Source: Chrysomallon squamiferum (Eukaryota; Animalia; Mollusca). Taken from it: a DNA stretch of 64,000 bases. The translations under genes and the position numbers were made by a program. Numbering within the stretch: the first letter of the stretch is position 1; each line of letters begins with the position of its first letter. The stretch covers positions 5,270,001 to 5,334,000 of the forward strand of contig CM022667.1 in NCBI GenBank assembly GCA_012295275.1, given 5' to 3'. Shown in pieces: positions 41,520 to 64,000 of this stretch. The notes beneath the pieces were generated by a model that worked only from the letters and a program-made list of their open reading frames with translations, searched no databases and was not told where the DNA came from.

Positions 41520-41840
41520 TTGCAATAGATTTGTTGCATGTCATTTCACCATCACGCAAGTCACCATCAGTGCAAGCATACACCCCTTCATCGACTTGAT
41601 TGAAATTATTCATGATGACAATGATCATCTCCCCCTTAATCACTGCTGAGTATCTTTCGTCGTATGTCTCACACTTCGTATTTTGACGATTACAAACAAC
41701 AACGTTTTGCGAATGACCAGCTTTCATCCGTGAAATTTTTATTCCTTCAGTTACAGTACCAACTACCATACACGCTAAGCTCGTACTTCGTCCCTTCAGA
41801 GCATCATCCACACAATCTATATACGTTCTTGCTAATCCCA
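41520..41840 (-). CDS. Ig-like domain exon (gene C), 321 nt, phase 1-1
   Basis: Acceptor tttgcctag and donor gtaagt. Translation GLARTYIDCVDDALKGRSTSLACMVVGTVTEGIKISR...VVVCNRQNTKC...DEGVYACTDG...MTCNKSIA has a DxGxYxC F-strand motif and six Cys aligned with the other exons of the family. No signal or TM exon was confidently found for it. Confidence 0.85.
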
Positions 41841-41847
41841 CTAGGCA

Positions 41848-41889
<42 letters not shown>

Positions 41890-42751
41890 TTCAAGAGAAA
41901 AATAGGAAGAATCATGCATAAAAATAAAAATAAAACATTACTATATTTGCAAGAAAGAAAGAAAAAGAAAAGAAAATGTATCTGAGATATGACAGAATAC
42001 AACACAATACAGGGATGAAAATGAATATGCACAAACAACTAAAATACGCATATGGCACACGCGTAATGCTCTGAACGGCACTGTTCGCGTCGTCGGTCGG
42101 ACTACGACTGATTCGATCAGTCTGTTATTTCTGAACGGAAAATTCTCACATTTCAGGTCAATGAGAAACTTCTGCATCGCTCCGCTCAGGGCGCCTGATC
42201 ACACTTTGTGGTTTCCACCATGAGAGATGCAAAACGAGTTCAACGAGCAGACCTAACCACATGATTTGTTTAGATTCGTCTCTTATAATGTTTTATTGGG
42301 TTTTTTCGTGCTATTTCATTTTTTATGTTAGTGTCGCCATCGCTCGCTGTATTCTCGCGAGTTGTTTGTAAATAATATGGAAACGTATGACGTATGAAAG
42401 ACAGAAATAATGAAAGAATGAAATACCTTATGTAAGAATAAAGATAAAATGAAAAATGAATAAAAAAATATAAATAAACAAAAACAAAAACAAAAACAAA
42501 ATGAAGAAAAAGAAAAACGAAAGACGACGAAAGAGCCAGAAAGGAAGAAGGAACGAATACAAAAAAAAAAAAAAAATAAAAATAAAAATAAATAAGTAAA
42601 TAAAAATAGTTAAAACACTGACGATATTTGACATAATTATGTGCAAAAATATATGTTTTAAATGTATGCAACCTACACCACAACTATCGTAAGGTCTCTA
42701 ATTACTACGACTGCAGCAGAAGCAATAACATCAATGATAAAATAAATGAAA

Positions 42752-42782
<31 letters not shown>

Positions 42783-43013
42783 TTTAATACTTCCAAATAA
42801 ACTGGATAGATACAGCGCATTGTGTTACCAGCATAAACTTTAAACGGCGCGAAAAAGCAAAGACATTCTAGTGGGAGACAAATGTAAACAAAGTTACAAC
42901 GTGCGTTTGAACCAAAGTGTTTAGTACTGAACGGGTTGATGTTAAAGACATCAGGATCCGCGACTCTCGATAGGAAAACAAATAAAAAATAAAATAATAA
43001 ACAACAACAGCAG

Positions 43014-43099
<86 letters not shown>

Positions 43100-43215
43100 G
43101 AAAAAACGCTTCCCGGGCGTCATCGGCTCTGTCTCAACAGAACAGCAAGGAAAGTAAACCTGACAGAGTAAGCAACTAGACTGTGTGAGCAGAATATAAA
43201 ACCTATATTGTTTTC

Positions 43216-43263
<48 letters not shown>

Positions 43264-43291
43264 ATATCACCCCCAACAAATATTAAAGAAA

Positions 43292-43328
<37 letters not shown>

Positions 43329-44508
43329 TTTTCAGTTAATTCTAATAAATAAATAAATAAATAAATAAATAAACACAAATTTTAACAGGTATTTTACTGA
43401 AGCAGTATGTATCTGAGAGGGGTGTATATATATGATGATATAAGCCATGAAAATGTAAAATATCCAAACGCCAAAACCAAAATAAAACTGAACTTCATTT
43501 TTCAAACTATGTTTAGTGAAAATCGAATAATAATATTTCGTGAAGTGCTTGAAATGCGCAACCTATGTGAGGTAATAAAACCCGTCCAAACGCTGTGTTC
43601 ACAAATATGACAACTGCGCATGTCAGACATTAGTGACAGTTTAATACTAGAATACAAAATAAACAGCCTTACGGTTAATTATCTAATTGTGTCTAAAAGT
43701 TAAAACAAAAATTGCAAAACAAGAACATAGCTGATTTGCAGTTTCGAGTCAATGCAATATAATAAAATAGTGTAAGTAGTACAAGTATTCATTAGTTTCA
43801 TACACTAACACGATATTGTTACCAACTGTTGTATGACGAAAAAGCGAATAAAAGTCTTCATATTATGATTTCACTGTATAATCTGAAAAATAAAATGTAT
43901 TAAAATATTATCAAACGGTTGTACTACTTTTACATTATGGTAATGTTATCTAAAATATTGGTGTGAAATGTTACAAAGTGGCAAATTGTAACTGCTATTT
44001 AGTGTCAAATTTTTAAAATTTATTTATTTATTTATTATTTTTATTTATTTATTTATTTATTTATTGCTACTTATGTTCACTACTACTACTACTACTATTA
44101 TTATTGCTATATATTTTTATTTTATTATTATATTTATTTTTAAAGATCACCATAGTTATCCAATTACCAATATACATAGAATATTCACTGAACCTGCTAG
44201 TTAGAATAGATTTATACGACTAAGAAAAGAAATTAAAAAGAGCAAACCGAATAAATGGAACTGTATTTCTTTTCAACTTCTGTTTTTTACGTTTTTTCCT
44301 TTAATTTTGATGACAGTATTACCTAAAAGTAAGAAAATATATTATAATTGCATATATGATAACTGTTTTCATTGGAGCAGACGTTAGAGTCTCAATGGAT
44401 TGCGTCATTTATTTGGACGTTACGTCATCTCAAAAAGTGTGTTGTAATAGACAAACATTTTTATTTATATATTTATTTACTAATTATTATTATGAATTTG
44501 TTTGTATA

Positions 44509-44551
<43 letters not shown>

Positions 44552-45292
44552 TTTCGAAATATGATCATATTTTAAAGCTGGTGTTGATATACAAGTAATT
44601 AAACCATGTAATGCATGCAGTCACTGTGTATTATAATGACCATGAACGGAAGGGTGGGGTCTGCTATTGTGGGTAGCCTGGGTATTGGAGGTAAGCGGTG
44701 TTTAGGACAGAATACTATGTATGCAGAAGAAAACTGATATTTATATTATCAGTTTGGTTATGGCATGAAAACTAATAACAACTCTATTCATGACATTTTC
44801 GCTTTTTTTGTTTTGGGTTTTATGTTTCATGTTTTAAAGGAACATAAGCCAGAGATCACATGCACGTCATGTGATATTTGGCATCAATACAAATGTCTTA
44901 AATTATTGTGTAAACAATTGTATATACGGACATGTTCAGACTGAAACTTGCGTGATAAACTAACAGTACACTGTGTTTATTTTAACTCTGAACATTTATT
45001 TGTGAAATAAATAAACAGTGCTGGAAATTGGAAGAACGCCTGGGAGATGTGAGAGTGGTAGCGCGGAGTTTCTTTACATTTTAGTTTCCAGTTTACCCTA
45101 AAATGTCTTACTAGAATGGCGTTGGAGACATTTATTTATTAGTTATCCTTTACGTTTCTAATAAACAAAGGTAATTTATTTCCTTTAATTATATTTGTAT
45201 ATTTTACTCAGGTATCAAAAATAATTAGGGTATATGAAGACAAAATGAAATGAAATCAAATCAAATGAAAATAAATAAATATAATAAATAAA

Positions 45293-45323
<31 letters not shown>

Positions 45324-45925
45324 TAACAACAAAACTTCACTTTTTCTCTTTGTTAACATAAAAATAATTCTTAAACCTAGAGCAGTACATATACTCTAAC
45401 ATATATATTTTTTTCTTCTTCTTCTTCTTCTTCTTTTATTATTCAAGAAGCCATTTGAGGAAGTCTGTTCAACTCCTCTTCTAGCGTCTTAGGAACTTCC
45501 TCTAACGTAGTCGACGGACACAAATGTCTGCCTACTATGTCGAGCACAGGAAAACGTAACTGCGACAGAAGCCTCGGAAACAAAACGAGAAAGGGTGCCA
45601 GTACTGCCTCACACGATTTAGCACAACATGGAAGTCGTAGAGACAATATGCCGATAGCCCGTAGACATAAACAAAGCAATAATAACTGTATGATCAAGAA
45701 AATAAATATGGTTGAATGAAACAATGCGATCTTCCTGTCAAAACTGAGAGTGACACCCTGAACACGTATAGACAGCAACTGCGTGATGCACGCGCAAAGT
45801 GTGGACTTTGTTTATTAACAGCCTGAATGTTTTTTAATGTCACGTGTCTCCTGGAATCTTATGATCTGTCAAATAGCTGGCATTAACATTGACATTTCAG
45901 TTCCCTTTGTTGGACGAGTATATAG

Positions 45926-45929
<4 letters not shown>

Positions 45930-45989
<60 letters not shown>

Positions 45990-45994
45990 ACACA
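45930..45994. repeat. (AC)n microsatellite
   Basis: AC run with one interruption. Many additional (AAT)n, (AAAT)n, (AT)n and (AAG)n tracts occur between 40 and 64 kb. Confidence 0.95.
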
Positions 45995-46415
45995 GACGAT
46001 CTTTATACTGGTCTGTAACCTTCCTGATATACAGATATGTAAATACCCTTAGGACATATTTTGAGTAAATCGTGGTTACCATGGTAACTAAATTCCTGGT
46101 CTCTCTGTGTGGATAGATAGGCTTTCACTTGACTGAAAGTAAGAACACGAAAATATTGTTTGTAATTCTTTAATACAGAAACGAACTTATTGCAAATAAT
46201 AACTTGAAGGATTTTTATATTTCACTATTATCATAACTGTTTCCCAGACACAGATATAAGCACAAAAACTAGACACACATTACTCGAACATAATAACCAC
46301 ATCCACACACATACGTTGAAGAAAATCTCGGTTACACAAAATATAAATATATATTACAAATAAACATCAGCAGAAATTAGCCACAAATGAAACACATTTT
46401 ACTGTTTCTATTCTA

Positions 46416-55283
<8,868 letters not shown>

Positions 55284-57486
55284 CGTTTTTACTAAAATAA
55301 GTTACTGAAACTTGCGAGTTAATGATTACTTTCATCAGATGAATTATGTGTATTTAAACTGTAAAAACAACAACATCTTATTTTATAATTATTATTGTTT
55401 TATTATTATTATTAGTTACATTATTAGTTATATATATGTGTGTTTGTTTTGTTTTGTGTTTGGAGTGGGTGGGGGCTTTGCAGTTACAAATAAATATATA
55501 ATAATCACCGAAATCTGTTTGTTTGAATTTTTTGCCACTTCTGTCTGTAGGTTTTATCCTTACAGTTACATGAGAGACCAGTGTTAACTAAACATAAGGA
55601 ATTACATTAAACTAGATGACAGTCTTGTCTGGTGCACATATTAAACGTCTCAATCGATTACGTCATTCATTTTTGCTTTTCTGGTGATAGCGTCACAACC
55701 GTTTTTTAATGTCAAAATAGGGGTCTATTATTATGATTCATATTTGGAAATGAAGAATATATATATATATATAAGCAGAAAATGATTCATATATGATTAG
55801 TAGTAAAGAGAGAAAAGGGTCTAGTCCAGCCTTTGAACAGTGTTGTTGATGTATTAGTATTTTTTCTTTGGGTTTCATATTTCATTGAAAGACAATCCTA
55901 ACATCACATGCATATCATTTTATACTTTAATATCATATTACCCGATGTTTAATTATAGAACTACGTCTGCGTGATAATATAACAATACTTGTGCTTATTC
56001 TGAAGTTGCACTTTTATTTTTTTTTTTAAATGAACTTTTTTTATAATGTTTGTTTAATAATTATTAACTGATACTTTCTGATAATATTGTCCTGCTTTAT
56101 AATTTTAAAAAAGCTATCATGAAATTTATTTTCAGTAAGTTATGTACCTAGAAAAATACAGCTTTTAGCGTACAACCACTGGACAGACGAAAGACACCGC
56201 AGTCCTTGGAAGTTTCAAAAACAGAACGTTGTGCAAGAAAGCTGTACCTAGCAGCCACCTTCTCGATGAAAGCGTTAGTAAGAATGTGACATTCAGCAGG
56301 ATACATTTCACAGTAATACAATAGTTTATTACGTGTCTGGTCTTCGTGTAATTCAACCCTGTATATTGGAACATATTATTAATGTGAGAGTATTCATTTA
56401 TGTTAATTATAATATGACAGATTATTTTATTAGAGGCTTTCCATCGATTTGGCTTTGGACAGTGCCATTGTCCCGACACACAGTAACAAACTGATTCGTA
56501 ATAGCACTGTCTGCGGGATTTGTGTGGGCGAGACTATACTAACAGAACACATTTCTATATTTACTTCTTCTTTTATTTGTTTGTTTGTTTGTTTATTTAT
56601 TTATTTATTTATTTATTTGTTTATTTATATATTTCTATAGATCAATTAGAAACAATTTCTATAACGTTTGACAGGTAACTTGGTGCTTATATAAAATGGT
56701 TATATTAATTTATGCAGATCACACAATATTTTCCGCAGAGTGACCAGATGTCCTACAACGTGTATTGAACATGTTCTCAGATGCCGGTTGTGGAAACTTA
56801 AACCAAAAAGTGACAAAAAAATAAAAAAAAAAAATAAAAATAAAAAAAAAAAAAAAAAAAAATAAATAAATAAAAATAAATAAATAAATAATAATAAAAA
56901 AAACGCATGACTATACATTTATATTTAATTACGAGAGTGTTAAAACTGTTTGTCGTCAGAACAATCTCTCCTTTGTGATCTTGATTAATTTATTAAAATT
57001 ATCGTTCGAATAGTATTAATGGGTGTAAAAGCGGCTGTTTCACTAATTTAAAATTATGTGAAAATATTTTCACCTGAAATTTTGCAAGTATTTGTTAAAT
57101 GTTAATAAAGACAGTCTCATCTTCTTGATTTGTGAACTTTCAAAATATCCACTCTATAAAGATTCGGATGGTCACCTACTGGGGTGATCTTATTCACAGG
57201 AATGGAAGTATAATTAATTAACTGCAACTTATCCTTCATCAAGCACTTTGAATTAAAGGAAGTATATTCTAGATCAGTGTGCTCTGTTATATATCTGGAT
57301 GGTACATGATTTTATTAGTCTCAGATAGTTACAAAAGAAACAAAATTAATGCATATTCATGATATGATTTGTTTAATAGTTCAAATGTATACATTTTAAA
57401 GTAATTATGTTCATTAATAAGAACAACGTGTCAGACAATATCTCCTCCATGTTACCTTTTCACAGATGTGTATGCTGTGTTGGTTC

Positions 57487-57552
<66 letters not shown>

Positions 57553-58335
57553 TTCATTTTTTTTTTTTTTTTAGTAAATATAACTGAATTATTATTCTAT
57601 ATATTGTATATTTTGTATATTTTATGTTTTTCGAGAATAAAGTTAGTGTCACAATGCGCAGACTCCATCCCGAGAAACCACGTAACCAATGAGAAAATTA
57701 AGAATACAATATCTTTAATATTACAGTTCAAGTTTACAACACTAAACTAAACAATAACTTGAAAAATTTACCGTTCATATATCTTAATGAATACTCCTAG
57801 CGTCAGTAAAGAAATTACAAATAAAACCATCAATATATTTTAGTTCAAAACACTTAATAACTTCGCAGAGAACAATAACCAAAACTATAGACATTAAGTA
57901 AATACTAGCTAACAAAGGTAAATAGGAAATTTTAGACCATGACCATCATAAATACATAACCCATTTTACTTAACACTTTAACAATAAAATAAACAGTATA
58001 TGTATTCAACATCTCGCGCTCAATTTGGTAAGTGATTTCAACTCTACATTTTTGTACAACATCAACTTACACATTTCTTCAATATCTGCAATTCAGGTAT
58101 AGATGATGCACAATATTTTGTATGCCTATTACTCCTGAGAAATAACACAAAATTCTCTCGTTGTCTCTGTTAAAATTAATTAACACAAACACAGCATACA
58201 CAAAAGAAACACACTGGCAATACGCATTCATAAACACGCAAAATAACACTGTGAAACAAGAAATATAAATACATGTTAAAAATAAACTCCAGCTGAAATT
58301 AGCCAAAAATAAATCAAATGTGTTAAGTTATTACT

Positions 58336-58447
58336 TTATGGTTGTGAAACATCAATCGTTCTATTATTGTCCATAGATGTTGCTTCAGACTTTTCTTCAT
58401 TTTCTAATTTAGGAAAGGATTCGTAAACAATTTTGGGTTTCCTGGAC
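58336..58447 (-). CDS. Gene A cytoplasmic terminal exon
   Basis: RSRKPKIVYESFPKLENEEKSEATSMDNNRTIDVSQP*; shares the acceptor context, IVYExF and DVSQ with gene B. Confidence 0.8.
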
Positions 58448-58495
58448 CTGTGAACAAAATGTCCAGAAACATATTTAAAAACTACATAGTACAAA

Positions 58496-58527
<32 letters not shown>

Positions 58528-58532
58528 TTAAA

Positions 58533-58571
<39 letters not shown>

Positions 58572-58576
58572 TTAAA

Positions 58577-58610
<34 letters not shown>

Positions 58611-58614
58611 TAAA

Positions 58615-58672
<58 letters not shown>

Positions 58673-59868
58673 TAATTAATTAATTTAAAAAATTAAAATA
58701 AGAGATTTTTCACATTTCACCTTGTGTTCTAAAATGCTGTTTCTTGATTGGTATTGTAGTTGAAGAATAGAAAACAAAATCTATTTACCTTTTCCAAGCT
58801 GAAACCAGAAATAACACTATCACACTCCCGATAGTCACTACAGGAATCAATGTACCTAGTGAGAAAAAAAAAATAAAATAAAAAGAACAAATAGTTTCTT
58901 TAAATAATTAATTAGTTAAATAAAAGTATGCAGGAAAATAAATAAGTAAAAGGATGTGCTTACAACATATCTTTATCTGATTATTTGAAAGACAGGTGGA
59001 ATTCACTGGCCTAAAAATAGTAGGAAGAACCGGGTTCATATTTTACTATTTATATTTTTGTTACGGGGATCCTAACTGTTAGTGGATACTAAATGCAGTA
59101 ACCTTAGCAACTGAGATAGTAACCCATGACGTAGATAACACTTCTTAATCCAAAACCTCTTTTAGTGGAATATCTACTACTCAAAGGACGTTAACGGTCA
59201 AAAGAACGTTTTGATCATATTTTTTGTTCACCCCAGATAGGGTTAGAATATTGGCTATTCTGTTGTAATTTGGCCCAAAGACAACACATTATTAAGGGGT
59301 ATGCAATCATTGCCCTTATCTTTAGAAAGTTTTTAAGTTAACCCAGATTTCGTTTTCATGGATTTTAAGCAAATACATTTAATTCAGTGCATTCCAATTT
59401 TAACAATAAAAGGAATGAACAATTTCCTTTCATTATCACTTTAAATTTGAAAAAGGTTTGTTGATAATTTAGTTTCCAAGACAGGGGAAGGGCCATTGGC
59501 TGGCTACAAGATGGAAACACTAACAGATCTGTGGCTCGTCGGCTAAATGTAAGCCACAGTGTTATCGGTAGACTCTGGAAGAGACTCAGGATGACTAATT
59601 CTCTTCAGAGTCGCTCCCGTTCTGGAAGACCAGGGTTAACAACAAGAAAAAGAAATACAATTTCATCTAACATATCTTTGGGGTATTTAGGTGTTTCTGT
59701 CTTTTCTAAAAAACAAGTTTGAAATATGAGAAATATTTTTAAAATGTGACACTAAAATGACACTAAGTTTGCTCGCTATGAACAATGCGCAAGAGTATTG
59801 TAGACAGTACTGCAAAAAGGTCAAATGTCAACCATTACACTGATATACATACATACATACATACACAC

Positions 59869-59915
<47 letters not shown>

Positions 59916-61450
59916 ACAAAAAAAAGGTACTTTTAGGATAACATAATTTAATGTTTTAGTTAAGATGCACGCCAAACAAAAAAATCAAAACGAACCGACG
60001 TTGACGTTATAATGCATTTTGACCTCTACCTTGACAACACTCCTAGTGACATCCGACGTGTTTCCACACACACACACACACACTTTAATTAGGACGTTTA
60101 ACATCTCTAAACAATAAGAAACCACAGTATACTTCTGAATTAAATAACAATATGTGATGATCACTTCGTTACTAATTAAAATTAGTCTGATTCAACAATA
60201 TTAATTTGTATTAAATTAATATCAAATGAACAGGCCTCTGTGTATGGTATTATAAACGCTGACAGATGAATTCTAATAACTATAAAATAACAATACGTGA
60301 TGATTCATTATTTATCACTTAGAATTATTTTAATTTAACAATGCTAATTGTTATTAAATTACCATTCAATCAATGTGTATGATATTATAAACCCTGACCA
60401 TTTATGTCCAAAGACCAGGGAGGCAAGGATTCCGTGGTTATGGTATCAAGACATGCTGGTTATTATACACTGATACAAAAAAAGATTTACTCATTTGTCA
60501 CAGACCCATTTGCAACACACCTTACAACAACACAGTTCTAGCTAGTATATAGTAATCGACTCATCTTCACAAATGTTATACAGACAGCTTAAGGAATAAT
60601 TAATCAAATCATTTTTATGTTTTTATTTCTATTATACTTTACAAGAAGTAAACACATAAACCAACAAACATTAAACAGTTGAAACCGATTTAATTACTGG
60701 TGATACTAGAACATTAATTAAGAAAGTCCCTCTATTTTTATTTATTTAATATTTTTTTTAATATATAAATTATAAAAAGAAACATAAGAACAACCTACCA
60801 GCAACAGCGATAGATTTGGCTCTGTGATGACTGTCTGCAAAAGCGAAATAACAACACGAGTAACTAATAATACTAACAACAGATACATACACACTCACAA
60901 ACACGCATACAGTGACAAAAGAATTCCAATTTTAATAGACATTTTTAAAAATGAAAAAGAAATGAAAATAATTTTTTTATTTTTTTTAAATTAGGATTTT
61001 TATTTGCACGTTCTAGAAGATATTTTCCTTCTTCTTGTTGTTGTTGTTCTTCTTCTTATTATTATTATTATTACTGTATTTAACAACTAAAAAAACGAAA
61101 AACATTCGATCGTCATTGACTATTCCACTAATATTGTTTTGGTTTCTTTACTTAGCCATTCTGCTGACTATGAAACAACTGGGATGTGTAACAAATGGGA
61201 GACAGCCAGTAAAATACGCCACTTTCAGGTTGCATTACATAAAATTAACTGATAACAGCAACAGCCATGAATGTCTTTGTGTTCGGTGATTCAACATTAG
61301 GAAAAAAGAAAAGGAAAACAACCTTTTTCAATTTGCCACAAATGTTGTGTTAAAATATAAAAAAGATCGCCTTAATGCTGGTACTACGATTTTCTAGTAT
61401 TAAACATTTTTTCATAACACTGATGAAAATATCATAATAATAATAATAAT

Positions 61451-61482
<32 letters not shown>

Positions 61483-61904
61483 CGAAGAACAACAACAACA
61501 ACAATAAATTGTTGTCATTACTATATAATAAATACGGCTACTAGTAGTAATTACAATATAAACATTAATTGTCAGCAATCTTATTTATTTATTTTATTTT
61601 ATTTTTATTGTTATTTTTAGTTTTAGTTTAATTAATATCTAAATCACAAAAACAAACTACCAATAAAAGTCGTCGAAGCGGTAGGTTTGGCTCTGTAAGG
61701 ATGGTCTGAAAAACAAAAACAAAAGTAATTATTGTGGCAATACTACTACTACTACTACTACTACTAACAATAATAATAATAATAAAGCATGGAATAATTC
61801 CAATTTTACAATACAGACATTTGTACAATAAAAAGAAAGTAGACAATTCATTAAAAAAAGAAGAAGAAAACGAAGAAATAAAGACGATTATGACTGATGA
61901 TGAA

Positions 61905-61977
<73 letters not shown>

Positions 61978-62713
61978 GTAATACGGTCTATGAAAAACTG
62001 AAACAATTCAAAGCATAAATATAATACTTTTATTCAGTAGTGAATTAGGCAGAAACGTTATACTTCAGGACCTAACAGTCTTATGTGGTCTGTCAAAATA
62101 TCTGTATTATATTTTACGAGTAATTTCATCTAATTAATAATTACTATTAAGAAATTAGAATTTCTGAGTCGACTGGTCATGAATTTATTTCTTGTTTGAT
62201 TACTCTTGAACCCGATTATTGTTGCTGTTTTGGTTTATTTTGTAATGGCTACGAACTGACTAGCTTTTAGATGAATTGTTGTGAAATATATATTTTTTAA
62301 ATCCTATTAATTTTTAACAATTATCGAACAGTGCTTGACACCATTCCATGTAATATGGTTTCGTAACATATTAAATCAGGCTTCTGCTACTGATACTGAC
62401 CGAAAAAAGACACAGACTTTAAAGCTTGCAACTCTAATAGTAAAGATTAAATATACATGTACAGATAATTTTTACAAAATAGTGATGAAAACTAAATAAA
62501 AATAAAGAACGAATGTATGTATGTATATCTGTGTGTGTATGTGTGCGTGTGTGCGTGTGTGTGTGTGTGCGTGTTGTGATACTTACGACTAAAATCCATA
62601 TCGTGTGCAGATCCTGGTCAATAAATCAAAGAAACCAACCAATAAATAAATAAATAATAAATAAATAAATAAATAAATTTTGTCTTGACTAGTAGATATG
62701 TGTAAAATAAATA

Positions 62714-62748
<35 letters not shown>

Positions 62749-63793
62749 CATTATTATTATTATTACAATGTGAAGTAATCAAATTTCTTACCAACAATTC
62801 GTGAATCTGCAGAGATATAGAACAAAAGAAAATAGTATCAGTGAAAACACATTACGTATTTATATCAATGAGACGAAACGACAGTTGCAGATAAATGTAT
62901 TCAATAAATTCAATAATACTGTGTATGTAAGTTAAGCCAACACATGTTAGCTTAATCTAATTTGTGTGGCTTAGTAATTGTTAAGTTCTGGACATAAAAC
63001 TTGAGTAAGGTCTATCTTTCATCAGTCAGGAATCGCTTTGCACTGGTTTGGTTGATACAGATGTATTTATTTATTATTAACCAGACTCAAGCAGGACAAA
63101 CAACATTGAACTAAAATGATTATGTGAGTAAATAATATATTTAATATTATACAATGCAGGTTATTCCAGTGAAATTGATATAATACTGATTATCATCGTT
63201 TTAAAAATGTGCGACTTGTTAGGTTTTTAGCATTGCCCACTGTGTTCGTTTGGTTTGTAAAATAATAATAAACCTATATGAATTGCAGAAACATTTTAAA
63301 TTCATCTACCGAAAAAAAAAAAAATCATTTTAATATCATTATATTTTAAATGATAACGAAAATAAAACATTTTAAATAAATAAACAATGGAAAATAACGA
63401 AAGACAAAGGATATGGATCATTAATTTATTACAGATCTACATGTTTTACATACTTACTTCGAGTTATTTTTATGCACGAACTGTTTCCAGCAGCATAATG
63501 TGCTCCATCACTGCAGATCCATTTCCCTTCATCAAACCTTTTGTTGAACGATTTTATAATGAGAGTTACCTGGTTGGGTGAATTGATCATATATCCATAA
63601 CCTGGTATATATGGAACGTCATAACATTTTTTATTACTGCGATCACAGATTAAAACTTCTTCAAGATGTCCAGAGTGTGGTCTAGTAAAACGTATTCCAC
63701 GAGAAATAGCGCCTTTGATGTAACATGTTAATTTCGTGGAGTGTCCTTCTGTAGGTTGATCTTTACAATCTAAATGTGTTGTTGCTGCTATTT
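58336..63793 (-). CDS. Gene A: paralogous type I transmembrane Ig-like receptor (5' part outside window)
   Basis: Exons: 63458-63793 Ig; 62792-62806 NSRIV; 62587-62613 GSAHDMDFS; 61661-61705 HHPYRAKPTASTTFI; 60799-60834 DSHHRAKSIAVA; 58789-58855 TM; 58336-58447 tail. Phases are compatible, there are no internal stops, and exon sizes mirror gene B (15, 27, 45, 67). Confidence 0.8.
58789..58855 (-). CDS. Gene A transmembrane exon (67 nt)
   Basis: GTLIPVVTIGSVIVLFLVSAWK(R); ctcactag acceptor, gtaaat donor. Confidence 0.85.
59477..59660 (+). mobile_element. Tc1-like transposase N-terminal (HTH) remnant
   Basis: QDRGRAIGWLQDGNTNRSVARRLNVSHSVIGRLWKRLRMTNSLQSRSRSGRPGLTT has the paired-like HTH plus the RSGRP (GRPR-like) motif. 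It is truncated, lacks a DDE domain, and lies in a gene A intron. Confidence 0.8.
63458..63793 (-). CDS. Gene A Ig-like domain exon (336 nt; missed by ORF track)
   Basis: IAATTHLDCKDQPTEGHSTKLTCYIKGAISRGIRFTRPHSGHLEEVLICDRSNKKCYDVPYIPGYGYMINSPNQVTLIIKSFNKRFDEGKWICSDGAHYAGNSSCIKITR; tttag acceptor, gtaagt donor. Confidence 0.9.
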
Positions 63794-63829
63794 CTAAATA
63801 TATGAATATACATTAACGATAACAACAAC

Positions 63830-63882
<53 letters not shown>

Positions 63883-63895
63883 TGATGATGATGAC

Positions 63896-63952
<57 letters not shown>

Positions 63953-64000
63953 TACTTCAAGGTTGGGAGTATTTCTTAATAATCCTTGTTCAAAGAAAAT

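Noticed and set aside
42700-45130. Candidate signal-peptide exons for gene C (45112-45131 MSPTPF plus ~42705-42755 hydrophobic stretch; 43110-43175 stretch)
   Set aside because: Phases do not join the phase-1 Ig exon, or the frames contain stops. The gene C start remains unidentified.
45443-45778. 111-aa ORF, and other GC-richer patches at 42040-42400, 54100-54700 and 56165-56540
   Set aside because: No recognisable motif, splice pattern or terminal repeats. They may be repeat remnants or regulatory DNA but cannot be supported by eye.
46003-46132. Tyr-rich open frame after a good acceptor, as gene B tail (SQVKAYLST...GYRPV*)
   Set aside because: The nearer exon 46416-46551 is conserved with gene A and carries the stop; this one has no paralog support. 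It remains a possible alternative last exon.
57772-58134. 64-nt and 25-nt AG/GT-flanked segments as gene A tail exons
   Set aside because: They lie downstream of the conserved stop at 58336 and have no counterpart in gene B.

Overview
AT-rich, microsatellite-rich, intron-containing animal DNA (a mollusc/lophotrochozoan-like feel, but that is a guess). Nearly all ORFs in the supplied track are spurious. The real coding content is spliced and lies on the minus strand. (1) 41.5-63.8 kb is a tandem cluster of divergent Ig-like receptor genes with an unusual six-cysteine Ig-like domain. Gene A is 5'-truncated by the window: Ig, four small stalk exons, TM, tail. Gene B is a complete hand-built model of about 343 aa: signal, Ig, linker, Ig, stalk micro-exons, TM, tail with IVYETF; it carries a dead Ig exon internally. 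Gene C is a third, isolated Ig exon. (2) 1-39 kb looks like complex satellite but is an array of about 53 intact symmetric phase-1 micro-exons: 42 x 18 nt, 1 x 15, 5 x 36, 3 x 39 and 2 x 45 nt. Each is flanked by AG acceptor and GT donor sites, and the array has been amplified in nested ~1.8, ~4.6 and ~5.8 kb tandem duplications. Spliced together they give a stop-free ~386-aa Asp/Pro-rich polypeptide that continues past the window start. The main hypothesis is a micro-exon-gene-like diversification system, possibly a hugely expanded, combinatorially spliced stalk of an Ig-like receptor. The physical link to the Ig exon is inferred, not shown. All exon calls were made by eye, without transcript data.
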